From assembly GCA_964016885.1 (NCBI GenBank), contig OZ024742.1, forward strand, positions 25,048,001 through 25,112,000: a DNA stretch of 64,000 nt, given 5' to 3'. The first letter of the stretch is position 1, and the number at the start of each line of letters is the position of its first letter. Shown piece after piece: positions 12,001 through 22,950 of the stretch. The notes under the pieces were generated by a model. It saw only the letters and a list, made by a program, of their open reading frames with translations. It did no database searches and was not told the origin of the DNA. Source of the DNA: Eledone cirrhosa (Eukaryota). A program made the translations under genes and the position numbers.

Positions 12001-12645
12001 CCGTCAGCATTCATCTCCTCAATGGCCGTATCTTTGTTCCAGGTATTATTTATTTCAGCATTCAGATCATTGTCTGCTTCGGATGGTTCCTCCGTTTTCT
12101 CAACCTCTTCACCTTCATTTCCCACTGGCTCGTTTGCCTGGCATACCCCACTCTCCATTTCCGACCTAATCTCTCTGCTCAGTTCCTCCAGTTTCAGCTC
12201 GCTTATCCACCCATTATTTCTTATTACCCGAGCCTGCCCGGCCAATTTTTGTTCATCTAATTTAAATAGACCAATCTCGTTCCAGATGTTATGCATCCAT
12301 TTCCTATAGCCTTTCTCCTTGGGGTTACTCTTCAGGTAACATTGCATAACAGTTCTATTCAATTCTTTCGTCCAGTTGGTTCTGGTCCCTTGCCTTCTTC
12401 TTCTTCCTCCGACACCAGCAGCATTTGGTTGACAGCCAGGTCCCTGCTGCTGAGCCAGGGAGCACCTGCTGGGTGAGAGTCTGTCACATGACATTCCAGT
12501 CTTCACTTCACCGTTATTCGAACTGTTTAGGTTCGACATTGAAACACTCTTATCGAGGATTAGTGAATGTATGGTTACATAACCACCGGTGATTTCATCA
12601 CCCTCGGTGATTTTAGCGTGGCACTATCACGCTGTAGACGAACAT
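9033..12645 (-). mobile_element. Near-full-length R4/Dong-clade non-LTR retrotransposon
   Basis: Single long ORF, short 3' UTR, (TAA)n tail at 9033-9047; 5' boundary approximate. Confidence 0.85.
9102..12539 (-). CDS. Retrotransposon protein: RT + CCHC zinc knuckle + restriction-like endonuclease, frameshifted near the C-terminus
   Basis: KSPGPDG, YRPIT, DYKKAFD, GIFQGDSLSP, FMDD, YKYLG, CRICGEREETVAHIVSEC, RHD, RPDLVV..DVACP..EK..RY. Confidence 0.92.
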   Translation of the reverse strand: MSNLNSSNNGEVKTGMSCDRLSPSRCSLAQQQGPGCQPNAAGVGGRRRRQGTRTNWTKELNRTVMQCYLKSNPKEKGYRKWMHNIWNEIGLFKLDEQKLAGQARVIRNNGWISELKLEELSREIRSEMESGVCQANEPVGNEGEEVEKTEEPSEADNDLNAEINNTWNKDTAIEEMNADGLGQDLVDILNLVVDDLNNDSGKPMNLRFVDRKKLKETTAKVNKVIPYLEARSLHQCNNILKATANAVRKFLGIKARGNNKQERSEPWWKKRLNGQIREMRNDIGKLESLLNGTLKNIDTKNRLEIKYKTRRKKLNIIIEELKKRIVAKSAKIRRYESRVCQYRQNRMFDNNQKMLFGQLEGKERGNNLIPEAEQTKTFWRGIWEQDVKHNDKAVWIETVQKEISEQAHQQTDLSITVETLKGQAKKLTNWKSPGPDGVQGYWIKSVTSLHPKLTAMFNDCLMSGEVPEWWTKGTTVLVMKDRIKGNDVTNYRPITRLSVMWKLLTSIVSEEIYHQLHTNNLLPDEQKGCRKKSRGTKDQLLIDNMVMRNCKRRHTGLAMGWIDYKKAFDMVPHSWITKSLEIFKVADNIRQLLSKSMKSWKTELTSAGESLGGVKIKRGIFQGDSLSPLLFVLALMPLTIILRKVRAGYKLGKGELTINHLLFMDDLKLFGESEKELDVLVDTVRIFSNDICMQFGISKCRVLVMKKGKLSRSNGIQVPTGEMIKEIDTEEGYKYLGILEADDIKNKKMKELIRSEYIRRVTSVLKSHLNSRNAISAVNSRAVSIIRYGAGILRWNVAEQKEMDRKTRKLLTIYNMFHKRSDVDRLYLRRSEGGRDLISIEDCVQMEKNNLHKYVTDSKEPMFRIVLKERTIDQGMSKEEITTRRKSNLHEKSLHSTFFENTEFRDPQTWNWLRRGDLKKATEGMLMAAQEQALKTKWLKHHIYKEEASSLCRICGEREETVAHIVSECKHLAQTHYKRWRHDVMGRVIHWHLGKVNNLPHSEKWYEHKPESVIENDQMKVLWDFRIQTDKKLEHNRPDLVVLDKEKRSCLIVDVACPFDTRVQEKEREKINRYQDLKWEVKRIWNCQVKRICHRRTRDYLKMFPGMVKENWPRPAFWNTSKGMLAGNSKNSPIRPEYLRLQVVA

Positions 12646-13426
12646 AAATAAACAAACAAACAAATAGGTAACCCCCCCAAACAAACAAAATAAGCATAAG
12701 TTTCATTGTAATGTCATGTTTGAATGTCTGACTTAGTTTTTTTTTTGCTTGTCTGTCTGTTTGTTTTTCTTTTCTTTTTTCTTTTCTTTACGTTTTTCGT
12801 TGCTGCTGTGCTGTTTTGATTTTGACTTTTGATTTTTTGATTTTTTGACTGGGTCATCAAATCAGTCTATTTATATCTTTTGATGCCTTCCTAATTTAGT
12901 GGGAGTACTATGATACCTGTCTTAGCAGGAGGTAGTGGGAGAGAATAGCGGCGGTAGCGATAATGAGGCAGTGGTGGTGGTGATGTGATCGTAGTACTGT
13001 AGTGATGGTGTTGAAGTTGAAGTAGAAATAGAAGTTGAGATAACTTGACTAGAGTTTTTGGCGTGGTAGTGGTGATGGTGGCGGTGTGGTGTTGGTGGTG
13101 AAATGATTTGCCTGTCTGTCCACTTAGCCATTTTCTCTTTTTCGACTATAACATTTCTGATCCAAAATTAAATATTAAATATTGGGGCCCTATGGCGTAA
13201 TGTGATGCGTTGTTGCCTGCTGAGAGTCAAAACTGTAATCTTATATTTCATTTGTAATAAGAATTATTCTATCACAGTTGTTTTAAATAAGTAAAAATCA
13301 AAAACTTACGGGAGCGATTCCATAAAGATATATATCCACCATGTGCGTTTTCTTCTCTTTTATTGTGATGTTTAGTTTCTTAACCCTTTAGCATTTACAT
13401 TACTTTATAGTTACTATTATATTTTA

Positions 13427-13612
13427 TGGTGGATTGACATTAACGTTAGATGGTCGGACGCCATGCTTTCAAGCATACTTACGTCCCTTTACGATCTGAG
13501 TTCAAAGCCCGCCGAGGTTGACTTTGCCTTTCATCCTTACGGGGTCGATAAAATAAAGTACCAGTAATGCACTGGGTAATTGCTGGCCTTGTGCCTGAAG
13601 TAGAAACAATTA
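13427..13612 (+). mobile_element. Nin/Deu-like SINE
   Basis: Family match. Confidence 0.85.
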
Positions 13613-13627
13613 TATTTTATGGTAAAG

Positions 13628-13815
13628 GGCGGTGGATTGGCAGTATCGGTAGAGGGTCGAACGCCATGCTTTCCAGCATAGTTACGTCCCTTTACGATTT
13701 GAGTTCAAATCCCGCCGAGGTTGACTTTGCCTTTCATCCTTACGGGATCGATAAAATAAAGTACCAGTAATGCACTGAGTAATTGCTGGCCTTGTGCCTA
13801 AAGTAGAAACAATTA
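13628..13815 (+). mobile_element. Nin/Deu-like SINE (young-looking copy)
   Basis: Family match; flanked by ttatattttatggtaaagg direct repeats. Confidence 0.88.
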
Positions 13816-14029
13816 TATTTTATGGTAAAGGCTTTACTTCACATGATTATCTCACATATCAAATCTATGAGACTTTGATATTATTTATTTTGAGAATAAT
13901 ACCTTAACATTGGTATGAGCAGCCGGTTACAACCAGTTTGAATGGAAAGTGGTGAGGGAATTCTGGCCGGATATGGCCGGTTTAAATGCTAAAGGGGTAA
14001 ACTTCATTTACACTAGTTTGTTCCAAGTC

Positions 14030-14310
14030 TTTCCGAGTCTTCTTCTTCCATGGCTTCAAGCCATACTCACTCTATTTTTGCCAGGCTTTGCAGGTCATCT
14101 TTGATGAAGGCCCATATTTCACTGCCTTGTTGCAGTTCTCACACTGGCATCATACAGTTTACCATTCACTTTGAGAGAAAAGCCTTTGTTATCAACAGAG
14201 GTGTCAGCACTGTAAAAAGCCTTGTTAAGTGCATACTCCGCCACTGCTTATTAGATCACCTAGGTAACAAAAGCTGTCCAGAACTGCCAAAGAGCCTCTC
14301 TGGCCACTGA
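14030..14310 (-). pseudogene. Old degenerate RTE fragment
   Basis: Minus strand resembles GFSLK..GKLYDA..GSE.WA. Confidence 0.55.
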
Positions 14311-14499
14311 AGGAGTCTACGTTACATGTTTTCTTAGTGCATACTTCTCTTGGTCATCTGCAACATACAAAGGCTCTTTTCCGTGAATCTGCCTGCAATC
14401 ACACCACATCATAAATATGTCTATACACACACACACACACATATCTATATATATATATATATACCTAACACACATATGTACATGTATATATATATATTT

Positions 14500-16488
14500 A
14501 CAGTACAAGTCAGTACAAGCAGTACAAGTCAGCAGCAGTGTAGTAAGTAAGGCAATCAAAGATATGAAGATGGGGAGGGCAACTGGTCCATCGGGTATAG
14601 CTGCCGAGATGCTGAAGGCATCTGGGTCTGTAGGTCACACTATAACCACACGTATTGTTAACCAGGTAATACTAGAAGGTGTCATACCAAAAGATTGGTG
14701 CAGTAGCATCATTGTCAACTGCTACAAAGGTAAAGGTGATGCACTAGATAGAGGAAACTATAGAGGTATAAAGCTGATGGACCAGGTCATGAAAGTAACA
14801 GAAAGAGTTATAGCACAGTTGATTAGGGACCAGGTGAAACTAGATGAGATGCAATGTGGGTTTGTACCAGAAAGAGGCACCACTGATGCTCTCTTCCTTG
14901 TGAGGCAGTTACAGGAAAAGTACCTAGCTAAAAGTAAGCCACTCTACCTGGCATTCATCGATCTCGAGAAAGCCTTTGACAGAGTTCCACGTGCTATAAT
15001 CTGGTGGGATCTTAGAAAACTAGGAGTAGATGAATGGCTTGTGAAAGCTGTACAAGCCATGTATAGGGGAGCAGTCAGCAAAGTTAGGATTAGCAATGAG
15101 TATAGCGAGGAATTTAGCGTACAGGTTGGTGTCCACCAGGGCTCTGTTCTTAGCCCTCTCCTGTTCATCATAGTCCTGCAGGCAATAACGGAGGAGTTTA
15201 AGACCGGATGCCCATGGGAACTCCTGTATGCAGATGACCTCGCACTTGTAGCTGAATCTATGGTAGAACTAGAGAAGAAATTCCAAACTTGGAAGCAGGG
15301 ACTAGAAAGAAAGGAACTCAAAGTCAACATGACAAAGGCTAAGGTCCTTGTAAGTAGACGAGAAAACAGAACCCAGATTCCCTCAGGGAAATGGCCTTGC
15401 ACAGTATGTAGGAAAGGTGTAGGTAGGAACTCCATTCTCTGCCCCAAATCCAAACAATGGGTACACAAGAGATGTAGCGGGATCTCAGGAAGCTTAATTA
15501 AGAATGTAGGCTTCACATGTAGCAGCTGTGCTGGGACAGCAAGCAGCAAACAGCCACAGGAAACAAGTACCACCAATCTCTGAGAGGGCTCTGTAGAAAC
15601 AGTAGACAGCTTCTGCTACCTAGGTGACCGAATTAGCAGCGGAGGTGGGTGTTCAGAAAGTACAATAACTAGAGTAGGATGGAAGAAGTTCAGGGAACTA
15701 CTGCCACTGCTAGCTGCAAAAGGCTTCTCCCTCAATATGAAAGGCAGACTGTATGATGCGTGTATCCGAAAAACAATGTTACATGGTAGTGAGACCTGGG
15801 CGCTGAAGGTGGAAGACTTACGTAGATTAGAAAGAAACGAAGCCTGCATGCTCCGATGGATGTGTAATAGTAATATAAGCGAACGGCAAAGCATAAATGA
15901 ATTGAGAGAGAGACTGAGCATAAGAGGAATCAAATGCTGTGTGCAGGAGAGGCGGTTGCGTTGTTATGGACATGTGATGCGTATGAAGGATGACAGCTGC
16001 ATAAAAAGGTGCAGAGCACTAGAAGTCAATGGAAACCACGGAGTGGGGAGACCCAAGAAGACCTGGGATGAGGTGATAAAAGCCGACCTTACCCAATTAC
16101 ACCTCTCAAAGGCGATGACACAGGACCGTGACCTCTGGCGTCACGCAGTAATACAGAGTACCCGACTTCCCATGGGTACAAGCTGAACCATATAGACAAT
16201 ATGGCCCCACACCCTCCCATTGCAAAGTGGTCGTGGAGGTGCCACAGCAAAAAAGCACCCAGCCCACACTGTAAAGTGGACGTGTGGGTGCCACGGAAAA
16301 AAGCACCCAGCACTCACTGCAAATGAGGTTGGTGTTAGGAAGTGCATCCAGCTGTAGAAATCAAGTCAAAATCAGTTCCCGTATGAGCAAGGCATGGTCA
16401 GCCAACCAGACACTGCCCACAACAGGACAACCCGTCTAACCCATGCTAGCATGGAAGAACGGACGTAAAACGATGATGATGATGATGA
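14500..16488 (+). mobile_element. 5'-truncated RTE-clade LINE (RT with internal PHD finger), frameshift near 15580, (GAT)n tail
   Basis: YRGIKL, DLEKAFD, GVHQGSVLSP, YADD, F.YLG, GHVMRM..GRPKKTW; coding about 14520-16186. Confidence 0.92.
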
Positions 16489-16659
16489 TTTATCTATATA
16501 TATATGTGTATGTGTTTATATATATATATGTGTATTTCAGAAGATCCCGTTAAGCAGCGATTCTTTGCTTAAACTTTGATCTGTTATTTTAATATATATA
16601 TATATATATAGAAAGTGACAATAAGAAGTCAGATTTGCAGCTTGTTAGGAAATTTTGTT

Positions 16660-16747
16660 GCATATTACAATTGTTTTGATATCAATCAGCTCGGGTTTGA
16701 TCAGGCGAACTGATCCCGACTCCTAATCGACACCTCTTCAGATATGC
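16660..16747 (-). ncRNA. Type I hammerhead ribozyme fold with G12A core change
   Basis: gcatat-CTGAAGA-long stem II-AAAAC-AATT-GTA-atatgc. Confidence 0.7.
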
Positions 16748-17031
16748 GAGTTTACATGGGTGACCCCATCCAAACTGTTGACATATCTATCTATCTATCT
16801 ATATGATAAGTATTTTCGTAGAAAATGTAAAAGAAAGAAGAGTGCTCTATGTATAGTACAGAGCAATTTATTTACATAATAAACAAAGGTTTCAAGAAAC
16901 TAGGTGATTCTTACAGAAACATCTTGCCTGTGCATCAGATAAAATGATTATTTTATCTAATGAACGGTCTAGATGTTTTGGTAATGGAATAATTATATTG
17001 TGTTGTTTATTATGTAATTAAACACACACAC

Positions 17032-17067
<36 letters not shown>

Positions 17068-17530
17068 AAAAGAAATTTAAAATGCAACTAGAGTCTTTTA
17101 AGAATATTTATTTACTTTATCGGTTTCGCAGTTCTTATGATTATCACAAGTAAAATTGAGATGGAGTGTTTGTGTTTATATTGCGGTGTGTCTCTCACCC
17201 CTACCCCCACCCCCACACACATAGACACACCCCACACTCCCACACACACACATATGTATATAATGAAAGAAAACGATAAAATAAAATAGAGGAATTGCTA
17301 AATATCTGAAAGAAATGTTTCCATGTTGATAGAGAACAAATACTAACTACATATATTACATTTGAACATTAGAGAATACTAGATCAAGGTAATCATTTCC
17401 AAATTATTATTTTAGAATAATTCGTTAAAATTGAGAAAAAAAAAGATAAATCAATAAAATAAAAAAAAAATGATAAATAAATGTTTTAATGTATAAAAAT
17501 GTAAAAAATTACAAGTAAATAGATAAAAGA

Positions 17531-17556
17531 GAATAATAATAATAATAATAATAATA

Positions 17557-17639
<83 letters not shown>

Positions 17640-17670
17640 AAGAAGAAGAAGAAGAAGAAGAAGAAGAAGA
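17531..17670. repeat. Compound (AAT)n(AAG)n microsatellite
   Basis: Direct inspection. Confidence 0.95.
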
Positions 17671-18569
17671 AAAAATACATGAAAAAAAATCAATATCATT
17701 TTATTGTTAATTTCAATCGTGTGTGCTAGACTTATATAATGATTTCTCAGTGCAATCAACGGTAGCTAGATAACAATTTGGACACAATCAATAATAATCA
17801 GATAATAATTACTGTGTAATCAATGTTATCATTGTTGTTATTGTTGTTTTTCAGGATATTACACTGCCACCACCACTACCACTACTACCACCACTACCAC
17901 TGTCCAACATTGCATTGGTTTCACTTTTCAATCATATTACATGCCTCACTTCAATAATACATTTCTCTTCAGAAACAGAAATCATACACATGCATTATTG
18001 ATGCTGCTACTTTTTTTTTTAACCACATTATTATTTACCAATAAAAGAAAAAATATATACATAACAAAAATATCATCATTATCATCATCATCGTTATCAT
18101 CATCGTCGTTTAACATATGTTTTTGCTGCTAACAAGTGCTGGACAGGTTATCATAGACTAAATCTCTACACAATCAGAGCTTCTGACAAGTGTGGTCTTT
18201 CACCTGCTGAGACCCTGAGGTATATGAAATTTGAGGGTATTCTCTAAAAAAATATAATTATCATTTTTTTAATATAAATGTTTAATATAAAGAATAAATA
18301 TATATATATATATATAAATGAAAATAGAGAAATTAATGCGAGCAAGAAGCCAACAGTATTTCATAATATATAAGTGACTATAATGTCAAAATGGAAAATA
18401 TTTAACGTAAGATATGGGAAAATGATTCGAACTCAATTTTAAAAAAATCAAGACAGAGATTTTATCCATAGATTTTGTGAAATCCAGGGAAAAAAACCAA
18501 TAGAGTCTTAACTCAGAATAAAAAGTTTAAATACTCATCCTTCAATTTGGAAAAACTATATATATATAT

Positions 18570-18938
18570 CAGTGGCAAATGGTAACCTGGAAAGCAGGGC
18601 ATGCAGTCCAATCGCCATGGCAGAGAGTGGGGCTGTGCAGCTTCCCCCACCTCCCAATTCCCTCTAAATGACCCTCCCGGTCAAAGCTGCATGTAGTGTT
18701 ATCTAGTGTGTGTGTTATCTTTTTATGTGTCTACGATTTAGTAAGCAGTAAAAATTCTGCTTGCCCCAAAGCTGTCGTGTGTTTGTGTGTATGTGTGTGT
18801 GTGAGTTATCTTTTTTTGTGTCTATACGTTTTTAGTAAGCAGCCAAAATTCTGCTTGCTTCAACTGACGCAATTGATCAACTCAAGATTCTATAACGCAT
18901 GCACTGCATGCATTGCATGCACAGACCCTTCGGCCCTG
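18570..18938. mobile_element. Possible MITE in (TA)n
   Basis: Imperfect termini atCAGTGGC / GGCCCTGat. Confidence 0.35.
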
Positions 18939-18963
18939 ATATATATATATATGTATATGTATA

Positions 18964-19092
18964 TAAGGTCGAGTGACGCAATTTCGAGTGATTAGCGGCC
19001 TTTTGACTCACCTGATCAATGAAGCAATTGTTAATACTGTAAATAAAACCCATTTTGTACAGCCGATCATGTTATTCTTCACTTTTTCACTA
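18964..19092 (+). repeat. About 130-bp dispersed repeat end, second copy at 41497-41630
   Basis: taaggtcg.gtgacgcaattt.gagtgattagcggcc..ttattcttcact.tttcacta followed by (TA)n in both copies. Confidence 0.8.
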
Positions 19093-19527
19093 TAAATATA
19101 TATATATATATATATATAAATCAATATATATATATATAACTTTTGATGATTTAGTGTTAAAGGATAAAACCTAATTATGAAATAAATATATATTTCTTTT
19201 AAATAAGGTCCCAGAGGGTGTGTGGTCTGAAGCGATAGTTTATTTAGCTTATAGGTATATCCTGCACTGATGGTAAGTCAATTATATCTACCCAACTGGT
19301 ACATTATTTTATCAATCCAGCAAAAATAAAATACAAAGTTGAGCTCAACTGATTTCATCATCTTCATCATCATTTTACGTCTACTTTTCCCTGCTTGCAA
19401 GGGTGGGACGGGACCTATTCAGCACAGCATCTCTCCACTTGTCACAGTCCTTCGTCATCTCCTCCGTGAGTTTCAGAATATAAAAAGTTGTAGCTAAATA
19501 CCCCAAACCATTTTGTCTTAGATGTTA

Positions 19528-20109
19528 CTTATCTTTCTCCAAACCTGTTCGTCTTGTACCTAAATTAGCAATCACTAATAGGATTGTGAAGGCTTAGAGG
19601 GTTAGACAATTGGATTCACAATTCACGGGTTGCACGTTTAATTCCCAGACTGCGTTATTCATTATGTCCTTGAGCAAGACAATTTATTTCATGTTACTCT
19701 TTCTGCCAGAAGCTGTGATCAGTAGATAGTATCAGCAATGGCAAGACCAATGGAAACATGCCAATCCACAGTCCGAATTTGTTTCATTTTCTTTTTTTTT
19801 GTTAAATTGATCGACAAGGTCCCAGACCTGACTCGCTTACTGAGTGGGGTGGAACTCGTCAAATCAGTCAAGGAAACAATGTTCCATTGGTCTTGCCATT
19901 GCTGATACTATCTACTGATCGCAGCTTCTGGCAGAAAGAGTAACATGAAATAAATTGTCTTGCTCAAGGACATAATGAATAACGCAGTCTGGGAATTGAA
20001 CGTGCAACCCGTGAATTGTGAATCCAATTGTCTAACCCTCTAAGCCTTCACAGTCCTATTAGTGATTTCTAATTTAGGTACACAGGAACAGGTTTAGAGA
20101 AAGACGAAG
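19528..20109. repeat. Long inverted repeat: arms of about 230 bp, spacer of about 120 bp
   Basis: 19528-19760 is the reverse complement of 19879-20109 with few mismatches. Confidence 0.92.
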
Positions 20110-20804
20110 TTGACCATATCAAGCCTAGTGCTTGACTGGTACTTTATTTGATCAACCTTGGAAGAACGAAAAGCAAATTTGACCATGGCAGGATTTGAAC
20201 TCAGAATATAAAGACCTGGAACAAATACTGATTAGCATTTGTCCGACACTTTAGTGATTCTGCCAATCCACCACCTTTTACTGCCCTAACAATGATAATT
20301 ACCAATAATGGTTTCTGATTTAGGCACAAGGCCAGCAATTTGGAGGGAGGGGAAAGTCGATTAAATCACCCCCCCAGTGCATTACCGGTGCTTTATTTTA
20401 TTGACCCCGTAAGGATGAAAGGCAATGCTAACCTCGGTGGGATTTGAACTCAGAATGTAATAATTACCAATACTATTGCCAACAACAACACCAACTACCA
20501 TAATAGCAACAATAATAGATAAACAGTGGATGGAGAATTTATCTGAGTAATTTCATATCAACCTAATGCTAATTACTAGAAATATATAGACAATCTGTTG
20601 TAATTGTGACAATGAGAGTAGCTTGGTGGGAGAAGTGGACTGACTGGTGATTGATCTGTTTAAATGAGAGGATATTGATCTGTAATATTGCTTATAGATC
20701 CCATGGTACACCCTAATTAAAGGAGGTGGTGGTGGTGGAACTAAAGCAGAGGAGATATTACACTATTGCCTGACACCCAGGTTGTTACCATTCCTATCTA
20801 CCTA

Positions 20805-22075
20805 TCAGCTTTGTAATTACCAACTATATAAAGAACTTTACTGTAATTAATTGTTTCTACTTTAGGCACAAGGCCAGCAATTACCCAGTACATTACGGGT
20901 TGTAATTAATGACTATATAAAGATCTTACTGTGTAGTTAGTGACTGTGTAAAGAATGTTATTGAGTAATTAGTAACAACATAAGAGTTACCTGTGTAAAT
21001 AGTGACTATATAAATATATTTACTGTGTAGTTAGAGACTTTATAAGGAATTAACTGTGTAAGTAGTGAATATAATTACTGTGTAATTATTAACTGTGTAA
21101 ATATCTTTACAGTGTACATATTTTACTGTGTAATTACAGACTATACAGACCTCTTCTGTCTAATTAGTGACTATGCAAATAATTTTATTATCTAACTAGC
21201 AGTAAAGCCCGGCGTTGCTCGGGGTCGCTCAGTAGCTGTGTTAAAGTTACAATGTTAAGTTTCTTTGTTGGCTTAAAGTCTGTCTGCACGACTATCTGTC
21301 TGCACGCCTAACGAAATTTACAGATACATATATTTTAAATAAACTTATATAATTTTTGCTTTTTTTTTACGAAATATTTGCTTGTTTTACGTAGTCTTTA
21401 AATAGACTTGTTTTCAAGTAAAAATATTGTTTTAAAAGGCTTTTAAATGGAAATGAAGCAAAACGGAAGCTTAGTGTTCGAACTGATGAATTTTGCAGGT
21501 CAAAATTTTGCTGGCTCGACAACTGTTCGTGTATTGTGTTAACGTCATTTTAAACGCTGAGAAAGCCAGCGTAATTTTTTTAATTTTTGCACGCAGAAAA
21601 TGTAAACAGAACGTAAGACGCTCAATGTAAACTGAACAAAGGGAAATAACTCGTCACTTACGCTCTAAAATCGATACATCAGATTCGATTTCGTCACATA
21701 GGGTGGGTCAATTTGATATTTTTTTTTTCCGATGTCTTCGCTAGGGCTCAATGTACAAGTATAGCAATTTCGGTGCAATTCCGTCAGAGATTCTAAGAGG
21801 AGATGTGTGCCAAAAATCGATAGACAGACAGACAACCACAGTTTTATATATATAGATTAGTGACTTTATATAGACTTTGCTGTCTAATTAGTGACTATAT
21901 AAGAACTTTGTCATATATGTGGTTGTATAAGAATTTTACTGGATAGATCTTTTCTGTCTAATTAGTGACTATAAACAGATTCTTTTGTATAATTAGTGAC
22001 TATAGACAGAACCTTTCTCTCTTGTTAGTGACTGTATAAAGACCATTACTGTGTAATTCTAATTTTATTTCAAGG
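20805..22075. repeat. Degenerate ~33-bp tandem array (tgtgtaattagtgactatataaagaacttta-like), interrupted by a Helitron
   Basis: Recurrent attagtgactat motif. Confidence 0.75.
21196..21856 (-). mobile_element. Complete non-autonomous Helitron-like element (661 bp)
   Basis: Minus strand A|TCTATATATATAAAAC ... CCCGAGCAACGCCGGG hairpin ... CTAG|T, no TSD. Confidence 0.82.
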
Positions 22076-22499
22076 CCCCCATCAGTCACTAATGACCATG
22101 AATTTGCCCCTAGAATGTTCTCCTCCGAGGCCAAATTTTTTGTGGAAGACCAACAGTCAGCCATACACACCAGTATCCTCTCTCCATGCCACCGGTGTTG
22201 TCCAACAGGCAGGCAATGGCTGATACAGCTTGGCAGCAGTGAGATTGCAACACATTTCTACATATGAATAAACTAAAGTAATGTGAAATAAAATGTCTTG
22301 CTCAAGGACACAACGCATCGCCTGGTCTGAGAATTGAACTCACAACCTCTCAATTCCAAGCTCAGCACTCTAACCACTAAGCTATGTGCCTTCACACTGT
22401 AATTAGTGGCTGTATAAAAACCAATATAATTTAATTAGTGACTAATATATATAAATAACTAGAGATATATTTACCATACTGGCATTAAAAATCTAAAAT

Positions 22500-22950
22500 C
22501 TAAATGATGAAAAAGATGAATTGAATGTAGATGAGAAATTTAAATCAAAACTATTTTCATGCAAGATGATATGGATATCTACTGAGAGTTATCCAGGTTT
22601 CATATTTGATGTTTATATAATGAACCCTACTGGAAAACATTGTAAAGTGAAGATCCTGTTTTAGGCCAATAAATCACTGTCACTGCTTAAATCCAAGAAG
22701 GATTCCGTATGGTATCATTTCCAAAGTTAGTAAAAACTTCAGATCTGAAATTGATCTGTTATTCTGTAATTCTGATGTCATTTATGTCATCTTAGAATGA
22801 TGGATTTTCACAGTGTGGTTTTATGATATATGTAGGAGATATTATGAGCAAGGTGGCAAGATGGCTCCAATGTGATGGCCACCAAGAAGAGAACTGGATT
22901 GTGTAACTAAAAGTGCATTGGTTTCAGGGAGTTGTATTGTCAATAAAGCA
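22500..22950 (+). pseudogene. Possible ancient pogo/Tigger transposase remnant
   Basis: Scattered LNVDE, NPTGKHCKVK, IF.VWF motifs in the order of the DDE_1 domain; many stops. Confidence 0.35.

Larger units (their letters stand above)
13384..13996 (-). mobile_element. piggyBac-like MITE carrying two nested SINEs
   Basis: TTAA|CCCTTTAGCATTTA ... TAAATGCTAAAGGG|GTAA; interior homologous to 44562 and 45799 copies. Confidence 0.75.

Noticed and set aside
10216-12476. Antisense ORFs over the LINE ORFs (also 14944-15933, 38182-40381, 55883-57554)
   Set aside because: Shadow frames of retroelement coding sequence with no independent motifs
12922-13345. Minus-strand ORF 12922-13131 and a gtaagt donor near 13310
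   Set aside because: Low complexity; every spliced frame tried stops quickly and the upstream part abuts a MITE
16917-16979. Imperfect ~30-bp-arm hairpin with CTGATG-like ends
   Set aside because: Does not fit a hammerhead core or a recognisable miRNA; function unsupported
21483-21510. CTGATGA followed by a hairpin
   Set aside because: No GAAA-NUH half
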